DNA of 61,967 nt, filler included, from Diploschistes diacapsis (Eukaryota): assembly GCA_023645945.1 (NCBI GenBank). It is 16 parts of 16 records of this genome, joined end to end, with 100 filler letters (N's around TTAATTAATTAA, not from the genome) between each part and the next. Parts side by side here need not be neighbours in the genome. Positions count along the whole stretch, not along the records: positions 49,816 to 52,171 come from JALAIB010002243.1; positions 52,272 to 54,627 come from JALAIB010002244.1; positions 54,728 to 57,076 come from JALAIB010002245.1; positions 57,177 to 59,522 come from JALAIB010002246.1; positions 59,623 to 61,967 come from JALAIB010002247.1; 11 more parts are not named here. One strand, given 5' to 3'. The position numbers and the translations under genes were made by a program. Numbering within the stretch: the first letter of the stretch is position 1; every line of letters begins with the position of its first letter. Below are positions 50,499 through 61,967 of the stretch, piece by piece. Below the pieces are notes generated by a model. It did not search any database. It saw nothing but the letters and a program-made list of their open reading frames with translations, and was not told the origin of the DNA.

Positions 50499-51695
50499 TC
50501 ATTGTAGTCTTGGTCGCTTGATCTTATGATTCTTCCCTGTCACCAGCCCACGGACCTTGCTGTCCTTAGGCTGACCGCCGTTGTGCAATACGCCTTCCAA
50601 GGTAGCCTCTTCACTACCGTTATCATTTTTTAGGCTTGGTGTTCCTTCATCACTCCTATTGTCTAATCTCGTCAGGCCATCTCCATGCCGCTCTCTTTTC
50701 AGACCCTTCATTTTACGTGTTTGTAAATCTTGTAGTTCCTGCCGTCCAAGATGTATTCGGCCTATCTTGTCCCCAATCAGGTCTGTTCCGAGATTCTTCT
50801 TCGGCCGAGCCTATAAGCAAAAGGATGTTAATGCCTGCTAAAAGGTGCAAATTGCTCAGATGCTTTCGCCTTACCTCTGCCACTCTACCCTTTTTCAGAG
50901 CCGTTTTCAGCAGGGCTGAGTCCGGCTGCCTCACCCTTCCCAACCTGAAGTCAATCCGAGGTCCCATCTCTTCGAGTTCCACTCGTGGCAGCCTTTGACC
51001 ACTTCTTTTAGTAACTACACGCCATACACGCATGTAGACAAACTCCTGTTTCTCAACGGTCTGTGATTCCAACTCCGAAGCTGTAAATGTAATGATCATT
51101 TGAAGCGCTTCAATATCTAATTCTCCTGCTTCTTCACCTCTAAAGAAATCCACTAATATGTTTTTTGCAATAACGAACTTATTGCTAGGATCTGCGTCTT
51201 CAAATTGGGATCCAGAGAAGCTCAGGAGCGGCTTTATCCCAATATTACATTTGGGACCACCGAATTGGTGCAAGGCTCGAGCTGTGTCTTGTTGTACAAG
51301 ACACTCTAGCATGTCCAGTACCCTCCCCCCAAAGCACCGAACAAACGTGATGCAATGAGGCCTTTTTTTACTGTGACTAGAGAAGCAAATAAGGCTCGTG
51401 TCATTCTTCTCGCTAAAAAACTCCAGAGAAGAGGGGTCTTCGAATGGGTGAATGGTATTTTTCCTAGAGAATCGCACAGCTAGTGGACGCTTCAGAGTAA
51501 AGATGTCCGTGACTAGCGAATTCAGAAGAGATGATGTAGTCGTTGATCGAAGGAATAGAGTAGTCTTAGGATTTTCAATAAGCTGAGGAGCTTTTTTCGC
51601 AAGAGCCCGAGCAGATCGTGCATTTTTCGGTTTTCTTTTTCCCCTTGAGCAGGAGAACGTGTGGATCGCAAATATACTTACACTTCTCGCAACAT
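50499..51695 (-). CDS. RPF2: Ribosome biogenesis Brix-domain protein Rpf2; introns 51635-51681 and 50811-50874
   Basis: MLREVKPKNARSARAL...PQLIENPK, KNTIHPFED.SSLEFFSEKND.SL, SHSKKRPH, LPRVELEEMGPRIDF, and spliced KKN...D.IGDKIGRIHLGRQ.L..LQTRKMKGLK. Confidence 0.95.
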
Positions 51696-51897
51696 CTCGA
51701 TGCTTAGCCTTTACTTAAGATATCTTTGTTGATTTGAAGACCGACGTAACGTTCTGCAACCAGTGTAGCATAACTCACCTCAGATGCGGGAAGATGCTAT
51801 ATCGCTTTTGAATAGGCATATCACGATGTCCTAAATTGGGAGGGTGCGCGTGTTTAAGCGAGTACCAAATAATCTCATTAAAGCCCGGAATGGTGTA

Positions 51898-52171
51898 CTG
51901 TACGTTACAAAAGTTAAGAGAATTGGCTTAGCATTTTTTGCGTAAAGCAGCCGATTATTAAATGTTGAGCAAAATAATTACAGAAAGGTTTTTATAAATA
52001 TAGAATAAGCATCACAGGCAATTTAGAATAATAAAATTTGAATTGTAGATATTTTTTTGGTTTTATTTTATCTGTTTAAAATATAAATCTCATATTCCTT
52101 CCGGGGACATGTTTGTCTGAAATATTTATGGTTTTATCTCCGGTCAATTTTGTTATCTCGATATTTTAATG
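51898..52171. mobile_element. Start of a Tc1-like DNA element (TA-ctgtacgttacaaaagttaa)
   Basis: Inverted match to 50218-50262, followed by AT-rich sequence. Confidence 0.55.
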
Positions 52172-52309
52172 NNNNNNNNNNNNNNNNNNNNNNNNNNNNN
52201 NNNNNNNNNNNNNNNTTAATTAATTAANNNNNNNNNNNNNNNNNNNNNNNNNNNNNNNNNNNNNNNNNNNNGTTTTAATAAATTCACGATAATATTTCGG
52301 TGAATTTAT

Positions 52310-52816
52310 TATAATATAATATCCGTGGCAGTATCGTGTTTTAAAATTTTTGGCGGTAATATCCGTAGAAATATCCGTGTTTTAAATTTTTTAGCCGTAA
52401 TGTCCGTGTCCGTGCTTTTATTATAATGTAGTATCCGTAAAAGTGTCCGTGTTTTAAAATTTTAACGGTAATGTCCGTGGCAGTATCGTGTTTTAAAAAT
52501 TTTCTCGGTAGTGTCCGTGGAAGTGTCCGTGGCACGAAACGGCCAGCCTAACCGTAGTGTCAGTATCAATGTTTTAGATTTTTTTGCTGCGGTATCCGTG
52601 TTCGTGGATTTACGGAAATATAATGTCCGTGTTAGTATCCGTGTTTTAAATTTTTTAATTGCGATATCCGTGTCCGTGGATTTATGGAAATATAATATCC
52701 GTGTTAGTATCCGTGTTTAAATATTTTTAGCTGCGGTGTCCGTGTTAGTATCCGTGTTTTAAAATTTTTTGCTGTAGTGTCCGTGTCAGTGTCCGTGGCA
52801 CGAAACGGCCAGCCTA
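52310..52816. mobile_element. Two tandem termini of the TAGGCTGGCC-ended element (ends at 52550 and 52816)
   Basis: gtgtccgtggcacgaaacggccagccta occurs twice, each preceded by (t/g)tccgtg arrays. Confidence 0.75.
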
Positions 52817-52986
52817 TATTTAATATCAGCGAAAAATTAGTACGGGGAGGATTTTAAAAGCGCTCTCGCGACGAATTTAAGCGAAGAATATCTTCGTTTA
52901 AAGATCCGATGAAAAAATAGATCAATCAAAATAACGTTATCGAGAACGTGATAAAGCTGTAATCGTGAAAATAAGTAAAAAAGATT

Positions 52987-54627
52987 TGTAAGGCCAAGCA
53001 AGGAGCATGCCAATAGTCGGACAAGCGGCACTCAGGGTCTTGGCTTGCGGGTACTTGAAGGGGGATTTTGCCCTTCTTACTCTCTCTTCTTCTTTAGTAA
53101 TTAGTCCTAGTATGAATCTGCCCTGCGTATAGCCATCTTGCCATATTATCGTATTTCATCCTTTACAGTTCTAATTACTTTATCTTTCTTAAAAACGACG
53201 ATCCGACAAGATGGCACGTTCTTCGCAACGTAGACGCAGGGTAAACCCACGCAACCAAATTAAAATAAAAGAAAATAAAAGAAGAGAAAGAAATAAACGA
53301 TCTAGAACTACCCTATTTAATAAAAAAGATTTAGATCATATCGAGCAGCAAGAACGAAACTCGCAGTCTAAAGATAAAGCATCAGTAGATAAGTCGCTAG
53401 AATAAGAAGATAGTTTCGAATCTGCATTAAAAGATACACCAGAAACAGTAAAAAACATATTACTAAAAATAAGACAAGATATAAAGCTTGAAGAAAGCCA
53501 GGTAACAGAAGCGAGAAAAGATGCTTTCGTCGAGAAAGTAAAAAGAATTGCTGTTAAAGCAGTATTAATAGCCGAGATGATACATAAGCGATAAGCAAGT
53601 TAGGATCATTTAGATGCCATAAACCGCTACCGCGACATTAAACTAAATAAATTATCATTCTTTTATGGAAAAACTGTTCAAGAACATAACCGTTGGATGG
53701 CAAATATAGAAAGTATGTTTATTATATTATATAAGTATTTTTCCAACGATAAAATTAAGATACGTTTCGTTATGTAATCGCTTATTAACAAAATTAAAGA
53801 AACATAGGTTCTATATTAAAAGAATAAGAACTTTTCTGATTTCATATGGGATTACTTCAAACTATTTCTATTAAATAGAATCAAGGACCCTATTAATCGC
53901 TCGTTATCAGCCTATTAAAACTAAGAATCAACAAGACAGGACTTCTATTAATCGGTTTAGAATTTCGAAGCATATTATATCATACTAGAAGAATAATTAG
54001 ATAATAAGCTACCGGACATAATAAGGATATTAATATTTATAATTAAACTTCGTCTAGAATTCTAATATGAACTCACAAAGGCCTCTTATGATTTTAATAA
54101 CTTCGACGTATTAATATCACTTACGATCCGTTTAAAGAATGTAGGAAAAAGAGCGAAATAATCTTTAACTCGCTACAGGAATGATCCCTCTAGTAGAAAT
54201 CGAGAAAATACGCGACGCTTAAGATTAGAAAAACTTTTCTATCGTTCACGAAAAAGAGATTATCGTAATCGAAATATAAGTTCCGAACAAAATCTTAGTA
54301 CGTATAATGATCTCGTAGATGTATTTTGCTATACGTGTCATAAGAAGGGGTATTACGCGAGTGATTATCTTTAGGATAATAATTTAAATATTACGCCAAT
54401 TATTAACGTAGGAACAATAAAAGATTAAAAAAATTATCGAGATCGATACTAAGGTCCGAGGAGGTCGATTCGATCTCGTTAAAAATAGGATTTATCGTTG
54501 AAATAATAGGGTTACTCGATGATTATAAACCTATAATTATTAAGCTTGACCTCGATACGGGAGTATAATGTAACTTTATTAGCGAGAAGTTCGTAGTCGA
54601 AAATTAATTGACTCGTTTGTCTAACGT
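52987..54627 (+). mobile_element. Ty3/Gypsy 5' half: LTR family E (52987-53167), gag (from 53211) with zinc knuckle, protease
   Basis: LTR TGTAAGG...CCTTTACA; CYTCHKKGYYASDY (CCHC knuckle, RIP-altered) at ~54327; LDLDTGV*CNFISEKF protease site. Confidence 0.88.
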
Positions 54628-54854
54628 NNNNNNNNNNNNNNNNNNNNNNNNNNNNNNNNNNNNNNNNNNNNTTAATTAATTAANNNNNNNNNNNNNNNNN
54701 NNNNNNNNNNNNNNNNNNNNNNNNNNNATCCTTGGCAAAATTAAATTAATTTTAACTCGTTTACGCAAAGCATAAAATGAATAAGACGGATATTATTTTT
54801 TAAATAACGGAATTTATTTAAATTATTTTAAAAATAAGGATTTCGTGATCTGAA

Positions 54855-55013
54855 TGTGACCTACAGGGTCATAGATCCCCCGCTACCACAGCTGCGCACC
54901 TACATATAGTGTAATAGGGAAACAGTGCTTCGGGGTTCCTGAAAGCATTGTGGTTAGTCTTTTGGCTCAGTGGGATAGTGCTACCTAATAGGCACTACCC
55001 CCCCGCTGTTACA
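54855..55013 (+). mobile_element. Family C solo LTR (159 bp) with perfect 5-bp TSD CTGAA
   Basis: ctgaa|TGTGAC...TGTTACA|ctgaa. Confidence 0.92.
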
Positions 55014-56279
55014 CTGAATAAAGAAATTAAAATAAATATTGACGAAGATACGTTATCGTTGTTAAAAATGTTTCACATTAGCATGTCCCCGAAGGGATGA
55101 GCCAAACTATTAAATGACCGTGCTCTCGATAGCCGAGTTTAGTGAATTTCACTCGGACAATTTTGTCAAGAGAGCAGGCTGCTAAACCTATCATCCCGAA
55201 CTTCCCGGTGCCCTAGCGCTCGAGCCTAACTCGGCTATGTGTTGATTGGCTCTTAGCGCAATGACTTTCATGGCTGCCAAAGCAATTCACGCGCCTCCCG
55301 AAACCATACCCTAACCGTCTCTTCCAGCCGCCGGCGGCAAGTCCTGTAAAGCGTCATCCGCTCACGGTCCACATTCAACGATGTTCCGATACCGAACAAC
55401 ACCTTGTATGCTTTCCTCCACTATACGTACCATTCCGTAAGGATACAATATTGTATGCATGGACTGCAGCACGGGGAAACGGGAGAAAAGAGCATTGCAT
55501 AATTCGCGAAGTTGGGCCATATAGGAAAACCTGGCGTAGGGCCTTGCAAAATCCGACGCCGGGGAAGGCAATTTGTTCGTGCCGACGGACAACAATCGGC
55601 ATGATGCCATATGCCATCCGCGATCTGTGAGAGCGCGTTGGACGTCTATAAAGTCGACTTCAGGAGCACTATCATTTGGGCCATCTCCCGCCATCCCATG
55701 CTTTCACTCCCTTTGCTCAGCACATGTACCCGAATTCCTCATCATCCTCCAACGAACGAGTCCTCGGACGAAAGCTTCGAACACTCCACTCGTCACGATT
55801 CTGGACTTTCCGTATCATCCATCATTGCAGTGTACCGCGGTTTGCTGCTATCAGCAAGCTCTCGGTGGACCGGTGTACTGTCAATCCCCGGATCTGTCCT
55901 CAGAGAGCCCATCCTGTATAGCCGCCTCGATCTGACCATCTGGGCCACCCTTCTTCCGACCTCGTTTTTCAGGCTGGGTACTCATGGTTTGCAGGGTGCC
56001 AACTGTACCGAAGTGGAGGCTGAAGTGGAAAAGAGAAAAGGCGGTATTGTGGGAGGGATGAGAGATGGGACGAGAAGGTGAGAGGGAGGTCGGCCATTCT
56101 TGTAGAACAGCGCGCTCCACGCCAACGACGACGACAAGGCCAGAAGACAATCATCCCTGGAAAGGAGCTTGAACCCTCGAGGCTGCGAAGCCGCATAGAG
56201 TCTCATTTCATGAACCCTAAAGCCTGACGGTTTCTGACGAGGTACTTCAGGGACTGCGCCGTCGACGGGTGAGCATGGT

Positions 56280-56340
56280 GAGCAGACCTGAGCCGACCTG
56301 AGCCGACCTGAGCCGAAGCTTAGCCGGGCCTGAGCCGACA
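56280..56340. repeat. Degenerate 10-bp tandem repeat (CCTGAGCCGA), about 5-6 units
   Basis: gagcagacctgagccgacctgagccgacctgagccgaagcttagccgggcctgagccgac. Confidence 0.8.
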
Positions 56341-57807
56341 GCAGTGTAGGGTCACGTGAGTGAAGGGGGGCTGGCGGCGTGTGGATTGGGGTGGTGAAAC
56401 ACTAGACACAAGAAGAGTTCAGGATGCCCTATCATCTAATATATCTGTCCCGAAAACAATGCATGTTTCAAAAGAATCCAAGGCCGTGGCAGCCCAAAGT
56501 AGTAGGATAGTACATTTCCCCTTTCCCACTTTTGCCGCCCCCAGAGGGGAGCGGTATAGAAAGGAATAATACTGCAAAGCCCACTGCAAACCTCCGCCTG
56601 GCACGAATTCCACCTACCCTAGGGACTTTTCCCCAAATTTGCACACGATTCAATACCCGTGGCGAGCGAGGAAGATAAAAATGAAAAGTCTGAGCGTCCA
56701 TCACTGGTAGTTTGGGGGAGGGGATGCCGCTTGGGTGAGTAGTTGATTGACCGAGGGAAAAGATGGGACATCCAACGCAAAGCAAAGCACGGAACACAGC
56801 CCATGGCCAGGGCCGAGAGAGGGGAGCGGCGGAGGCGATCGTGAGAACTGCCGCTTCGCTCACTTTTTGCACTACGCTAGGGGTGGGTGATAAAAGAAGG
56901 GGCACGGAGAAAGTCGATCCGATGGAGATAAACTCCATTATCCACTGAAACCAATCTTGCTCGATAGAATCGACTTCTCGACATGGTACGGCTAGCTAGC
57001 TTGGCAGTGACAAGGGAGATTCCGTTATTGGTATATTGCATATTGTGTATTATCCCATTCCCCCTCCGCCTCCCCCNNNNNNNNNNNNNNNNNNNNNNNN
57101 NNNNNNNNNNNNNNNNNNNNTTAATTAATTAANNNNNNNNNNNNNNNNNNNNNNNNNNNNNNNNNNNNNNNNNNNNCCGTATTACACGTAGATACGTGCC
57201 CGATCTTACTTCTTTCAAGTTTCAGCGTCGTAAATGGATGCTATTAGACTAATAATACTAAAAATAGGCGACTTCTAAGGCGAAAAATAATAATAATAAT
57301 AATAGTATAATAACAGAAATCGCTTTCGAAAGATAGCAATAAAGGTTTATTTATTAATTAAATAAAGGTTCGATTAATTTAAAAACTTATATAAAATCCT
57401 AAGCTTTTTTATCGTAATTAATTAGATCGTAATTTTTAATTCGTCGATTTACTTATTGTAATTTTTCGTAAAAATTTTTTGTCGTTTTAAATAAATATGT
57501 CGTGCGTAGATTTATTATTATTAAATTATTCGTTTAGATAATATTTTATCGCGATAGATAAGATTAGATCTAATATTTCAGTTATAATTATAATTAAAGA
57601 TTAATTAAATCGAAGGTTCTGATTAATCGATCTTTTATTTGTCGTAAGAGGTTTTCGTCGCTTTTAGGTGTCGTAAACTTTTATTTTTAAAAACGCGTCA
57701 GCTCGCGTAGGCAGTATGAGATAAGATTAGGTCTAGATTCTTTCTATAGGTAGGTTGAATATTTTAGGTTTTGAGCCGAGTAGGTAGGCCTGAAGGACCT
57801 TTTTGAA

Positions 57808-58026
57808 TGTAGAACGCCCTTACAGGAATATTATACAATTAGGGGCTGAGCCTGATCTGGAAGGATCACGTGTAGCTGCAATCTGTAGGCTGAATGGTTC
57901 AGATTTGAAAAGGTGAAGAAGGAACTATCTAGGTGGGAGCAGGGCACAAATAAATAATCTGGGTGCCAGCCCTACTGCCCTACCAGGGTTCAACCCTTGA
58001 TCCCACAAACGTTCAGGATGTTCCAA
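57808..58026. mobile_element. LTR family D
   Basis: TGTAGAAC start; homologous to 34230-34452. Confidence 0.82.
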
Positions 58027-58029
58027 AAA

Positions 58030-59522
58030 CCGTTATTTACGTTACTGAATCTAGTCGAAAACCTCGTTAACTGTTGAAGTTCAGCTAAACCCTTACTGAG
58101 CTTAACCGACATCTGTCAATCACCGAGATCTAACCGAACTGCTTCTAGACCCATTCGACCACTCGTTAACCATCGAAGTTCAGATAAACCGCTGGTGAAT
58201 CTAATCGATTACTTTCGTTTTTATTACAAAAGATCACCTTCTGTATTATTATTAAATTATTAATTATTAATTATTTATTTACTTTTGGAAACAGTAATAA
58301 TATAAATAATAATTTATTTAAGAAACGGGTTGTTCCCATCCTAAAAAAAAGAATCAACAGTAATAGTTCGAACATATATCTTAATAATAAAGAGATGGAC
58401 TACGTCCTCGATAATTAACCACCGTCGTTCATTGTAGTCATCCTAGATGACTTTATATTATTTATTCTTACCCGTTCAGGTTCAGTTTTGGACAAAACAT
58501 CTAAACAGTAGAAGAAAGATTAATCGAAAACAACTATTAGATTGTAATCTATACGGGAAAGATCGATCAAGAACGTCTTCGTGATTTACCTATTATAAAA
58601 ACCAGATGGGATTCTTTATAGGTAAAATACTAGACGGTTATTGAACTTAAACGTCGATATTTGAACCTTGAATTCGCCAATTATAAACTTAAGAAAGATA
58701 CGACGATTTAGGAGGTATAGACACATCTGATCAAACTTTCGAAAAAGTTATCGTATAAACGAACAAAATACGCCCTAAAGATTCCCTTTTAATATTACTT
58801 ACAATACTACCGCCTAATTACGTAGTTATTATCGACGCTATCGACATATAAATTGATGATGTTTTATCCGTCAATATCGACTACGATAAATGGCTTAACA
58901 GGCTATCCGATAAACAGGAGAAGTTAATAGAAGAAATTATAATATATTTCTTTCGTTAGATATCATCTCGTACTTATTAAGGACGATCTAACGAAAAGCG
59001 ACGTCGCTGTTCCAGCCTAAGAAACTTATCTGAAGGATATCTATTTATAATGATGATGATTATTTCGCGTTATAATGCAAGCTCGCCAAAAAGTTCGGAA
59101 AAATAATTATTATAATAAAAGATAGGAAGCGAAAGAAGAAATCCCGAGATATCGATAATAAACAAAAGGGTAAGAATAAACGCGCCTATAATATAGAAAG
59201 TTCAGATAATAAAAGTTTAAAAACCGATACTGAATTTGAACCTGAACCTAAACCCCAATTAAGACTGATTAGCTTATCTATCTAGATGTTTAACTCCCAT
59301 TCGAAGACGACGAATCGAAATCGAGAAAGAAATAATCTATTTAAATTACTTTACGTTACGTTGGGAAGATTAGGTTCCGATATTCTATATTTGGGATATA
59401 TACGTCCCCGAACTGAAAGTAATCTCACATCGAAATAAAAGTTATATAAAACAGAATTACGAGGAAGTTTTAATCAAAATGGCTTGTATTTACACGATAA
59501 CGACGGACGAATCATTCTTATA
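58030..59522 (+). mobile_element. RIP-degraded Ty1/Copia gag-protease region
   Basis: ILLTILPPNY..IIDAID gag motif. The 3' end matches the Copia protease region 37900-38050. An upstream ggttttgagcc (~57767) resembles a fungal Copia PBS region. Confidence 0.7.
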
Positions 59523-59622
59523 NNNNNNNNNNNNNNNNNNNNNNNNNNNNNNNNNNNNNNNNNNNNTTAATTAATTAANNNNNNNNNNNNNNNNNNNNNN
59601 NNNNNNNNNNNNNNNNNNNNNN

Positions 59623-61472
59623 ATTATAGATCTAAAAATAAAATTATTAAAAAAAACACCTTAATCGCGATAAATCATTATCTTAACGTAATTATAATTA
59701 TTCTTATAGAAAACTATCCGACCGACGAACAACCTTAAAAGGAAATCACAGCTAAATCGGATACCATAGTTTAATAAGGCGATACCGACGATTCTATTGA
59801 TAAAGATACCGAAATCACGCCTTTACTAACTTTAACATCAATAAACGAAATTTCGAAAAACAACGACATTCCGGAAGATACAACGGAATATAAAAAAAAA
59901 TAAGATAATTACTCGCGGAAATATAGACATATTATTCGATCCTTAAAGCTAAATTAAGCACCCGAAAACCTTTAGACAACAATTTAAACAAAGATACATC
60001 GTACGAGTTTCGCGTTGGTAACCTTGTTATTATTAAAAAAAATACTTTCAGAGGAAAGCTCTCGTTACTAATAATCGGAATTATTTAGACCACGAGTATT
60101 TAAACGAATGTGGGAATTTCCGCTACGAATACTTAACATATCAAAACGAGAAGTATATTCTATACGATAAATTAATTATAGACGTAACGTTTGAACGATA
60201 TTACGAATATATTTTACATGATATTTAATATTAGGATTATAGCTTTATGTACGATTACATCGATAAAAACTATAGAACTTATTTATATAATAATAATAAA
60301 ATGGGAGGACCATTATTAATAGTATTATTAAAGGAATAGAAAGTTATACCAAAAGTTTATTTCGTTTATTAGACGTGTTTGTATAGAAAGTATAAGCATC
60401 CGTTTTATTTCATATATATAAACCTAAGGAACTGTCGAGATAAAGAATGCATAATTTCAGCGCATCACGACTAGAAACTCAGAAACGGTATAGCTCAACG
60501 ACTTAATTTATCTGATAAAGACCCCATATACCCAGCATATGCTCTATGGAATTATCGCTTTTACAGAGCTGCAAGCTGTAAATACCACGACAAAGGATCC
60601 TACCCAACCAACAAAGAGATTATAAAAAAAGCCAGAACTTTTCAATTATGAGCCAAACTAGAAAGCTATATGCCACAATCATAAGCACTAGCACAACGGC
60701 TTTAGAAGAACGACGAATCTAAACTACCTTCGAGATCGGACCGGATCGACATACTATATGGGCACTAATCGATCCAGATATCATAATAAACGCTATTTCA
60801 ACCATTTATATATAACGGTCGAAGATGAAGAGTTACGAACTTATACGAAAATATATATTCGGAATCGTAATAACACGTAACGTTATATAGATTATTAAAT
60901 ATACGTTACCGTTAATAATCAGGATCTTAGAATATATTAAAAAACTTATTTTCGATTTAATAGATATAATTATTTACGACGTCATTTTCGGAGATCTTTA
61001 ATTGAATATTTATAATTTAACGATCAATTTCAAGATACGGACTTTTAAGTTAAACGGATATACGTGTATTAATATATTTCGTTTACGCGTAGTCATGACG
61101 ATTACGATAGATAAAAAGAAAATATTATGCGATACTTCCCGAACCGGAATTAAGAAAAATCTTAATCAACAGATTCAGATACGAGAAGTAAAAACTCGTA
61201 CTAATAAGAATATTAATAATTTGGATTTACGAATGTATCCTTTTTTAAATATTTTTTAAAGATATTGTTTAAGGAATTTTAATTTTATCGCTAATATTTT
61301 ATAAAAAGGTTTAAATTTTAAGATTTTTCCGTCCATAAGTTCGATAATATAGTTTTAAGGTTTATACTTAAGTAGTATTCGTAAACCTATTTCTTTTTAA
61401 AAGAAATACAATTACTGATAATACTTTTCAGAAATCTTTAAAAGATAATCATTTCTTTTTTTATCAGTATTC
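59623..61472 (+). mobile_element. RIP-degraded Ty3/Gypsy pol region (aspartic protease)
   Basis: WALIDPDIIINAIS (ALIDSGAxxNxIS) at ~60760; YDVIFGDL*LNIYNLTINF (YDVILGxPWLxxHNPxIxW) at ~60975. Confidence 0.72.
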
Positions 61473-61927
61473 TGTTACGATCCAAGTACCAGACTTGGCC
61501 CGTCCCAGCTTTGTATATAGGTCAGTCACGAGACCAGGGGTCACGTGATGCGCTTATTGCTCGCGCTCGCTTCCGTAAGCGGCGAACGGGTTTTCGCCAT
61601 CGCTCGATGATCGCGTTTATTTTTATAAACGGCGAACCTCGAGAATATCGTTCGTTAAACTTGCGGTAAACGGCGAGCGAGCTGATTATATATAAACACG
61701 ATTCTATTTTCGTAAAAAAGGACGTGTTTACTTTTATAAATATTTTTAATTATTATTCGGAATGAATTTATATTCGTTATTTTTATTATTAAAGAGCTTT
61801 TTTTTTAAAAATAATTTAAAATCTATAATTATTTTATTTTCTTTTTTTATCATACTCCTTTTTTAATAGAAATTAAACCCATCTTAATCTTACTCGTGTA
61901 TATCTTATATAAATAAAAATTATAACA
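61473..61927 (+). mobile_element. LTR family B
   Basis: TGTTACGATC...ATAACA; reverse complement of 40568-41022 and 48935-49389. Confidence 0.88.
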
Positions 61928-61967
61928 CTTAAACATCTTTAAAAATAAATATTATTAATAATATAAC

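Noticed and set aside
57177..58026. A ~1.25-kb TRIM-like element built by overlapping 34230-34959 with 57177-58026
   Set aside because: A Copia PBS-like ggttttgagcc at ~57767 and Copia gag after 58030 suggest the LTR at 57808 is nested in a Copia leader rather than being the partner LTR. The two contigs are also different copies.
25114..59578. Regularly spaced TTAATTAATTAA motif as a biological repeat array
   Set aside because: It is always centred in 44+44 N and is an all-frame-stop assembly linker.
25170..61967. AT-rich contigs as mitochondrial, bacterial or viral contamination
   Set aside because: They contain Gypsy, Copia and pogo motifs with RIP-type stops, share repeats with contig 1, and include intron-containing fungal genes.

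Overview
Filamentous ascomycete (Pezizomycotina) genomic DNA. It is not one contiguous locus: 16 contigs are joined by 15 artificial 100-nt spacers (44 N + TTAATTAATTAA + 44 N). Contig 1 (1-25069) is mostly ordinary gene space. It holds a kinase pseudogene, a PTH11-like membrane protein, a conserved hypothetical protein, a NACHT-ankyrin NLR-like gene, an SDR, and a housekeeping block RAE1/GLE2-KEX1-SFM1-MCT1-NDUFS7. The other 15 contigs (2377 down to 2345 bp) are mostly AT-rich, RIP-mutated transposon relics: Ty3/Gypsy chromoviruses, Ty1/Copia, Fot1/pogo and Tc1-like DNA elements, a MITE, five LTR families and a TAGGCTGGCC-ended element. An intact RPF2 gene and a broken Argonaute 5' end sit among them. 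Best novelty candidates: (1) a RIP-eroded antisense ORF between the chromodomain and 3' LTR of the chromoviruses, in four copies, reconstructing to a Zn(II)2Cys6-like cluster plus a charged helical tail; (2) a QDE-2-like Argonaute relic with a frameshift, a RIP-type stop and an LTR truncation; (3) RPF2 bracketed by two matching Tc1-like termini. All assignments come from motif reading by eye; no searches were run.
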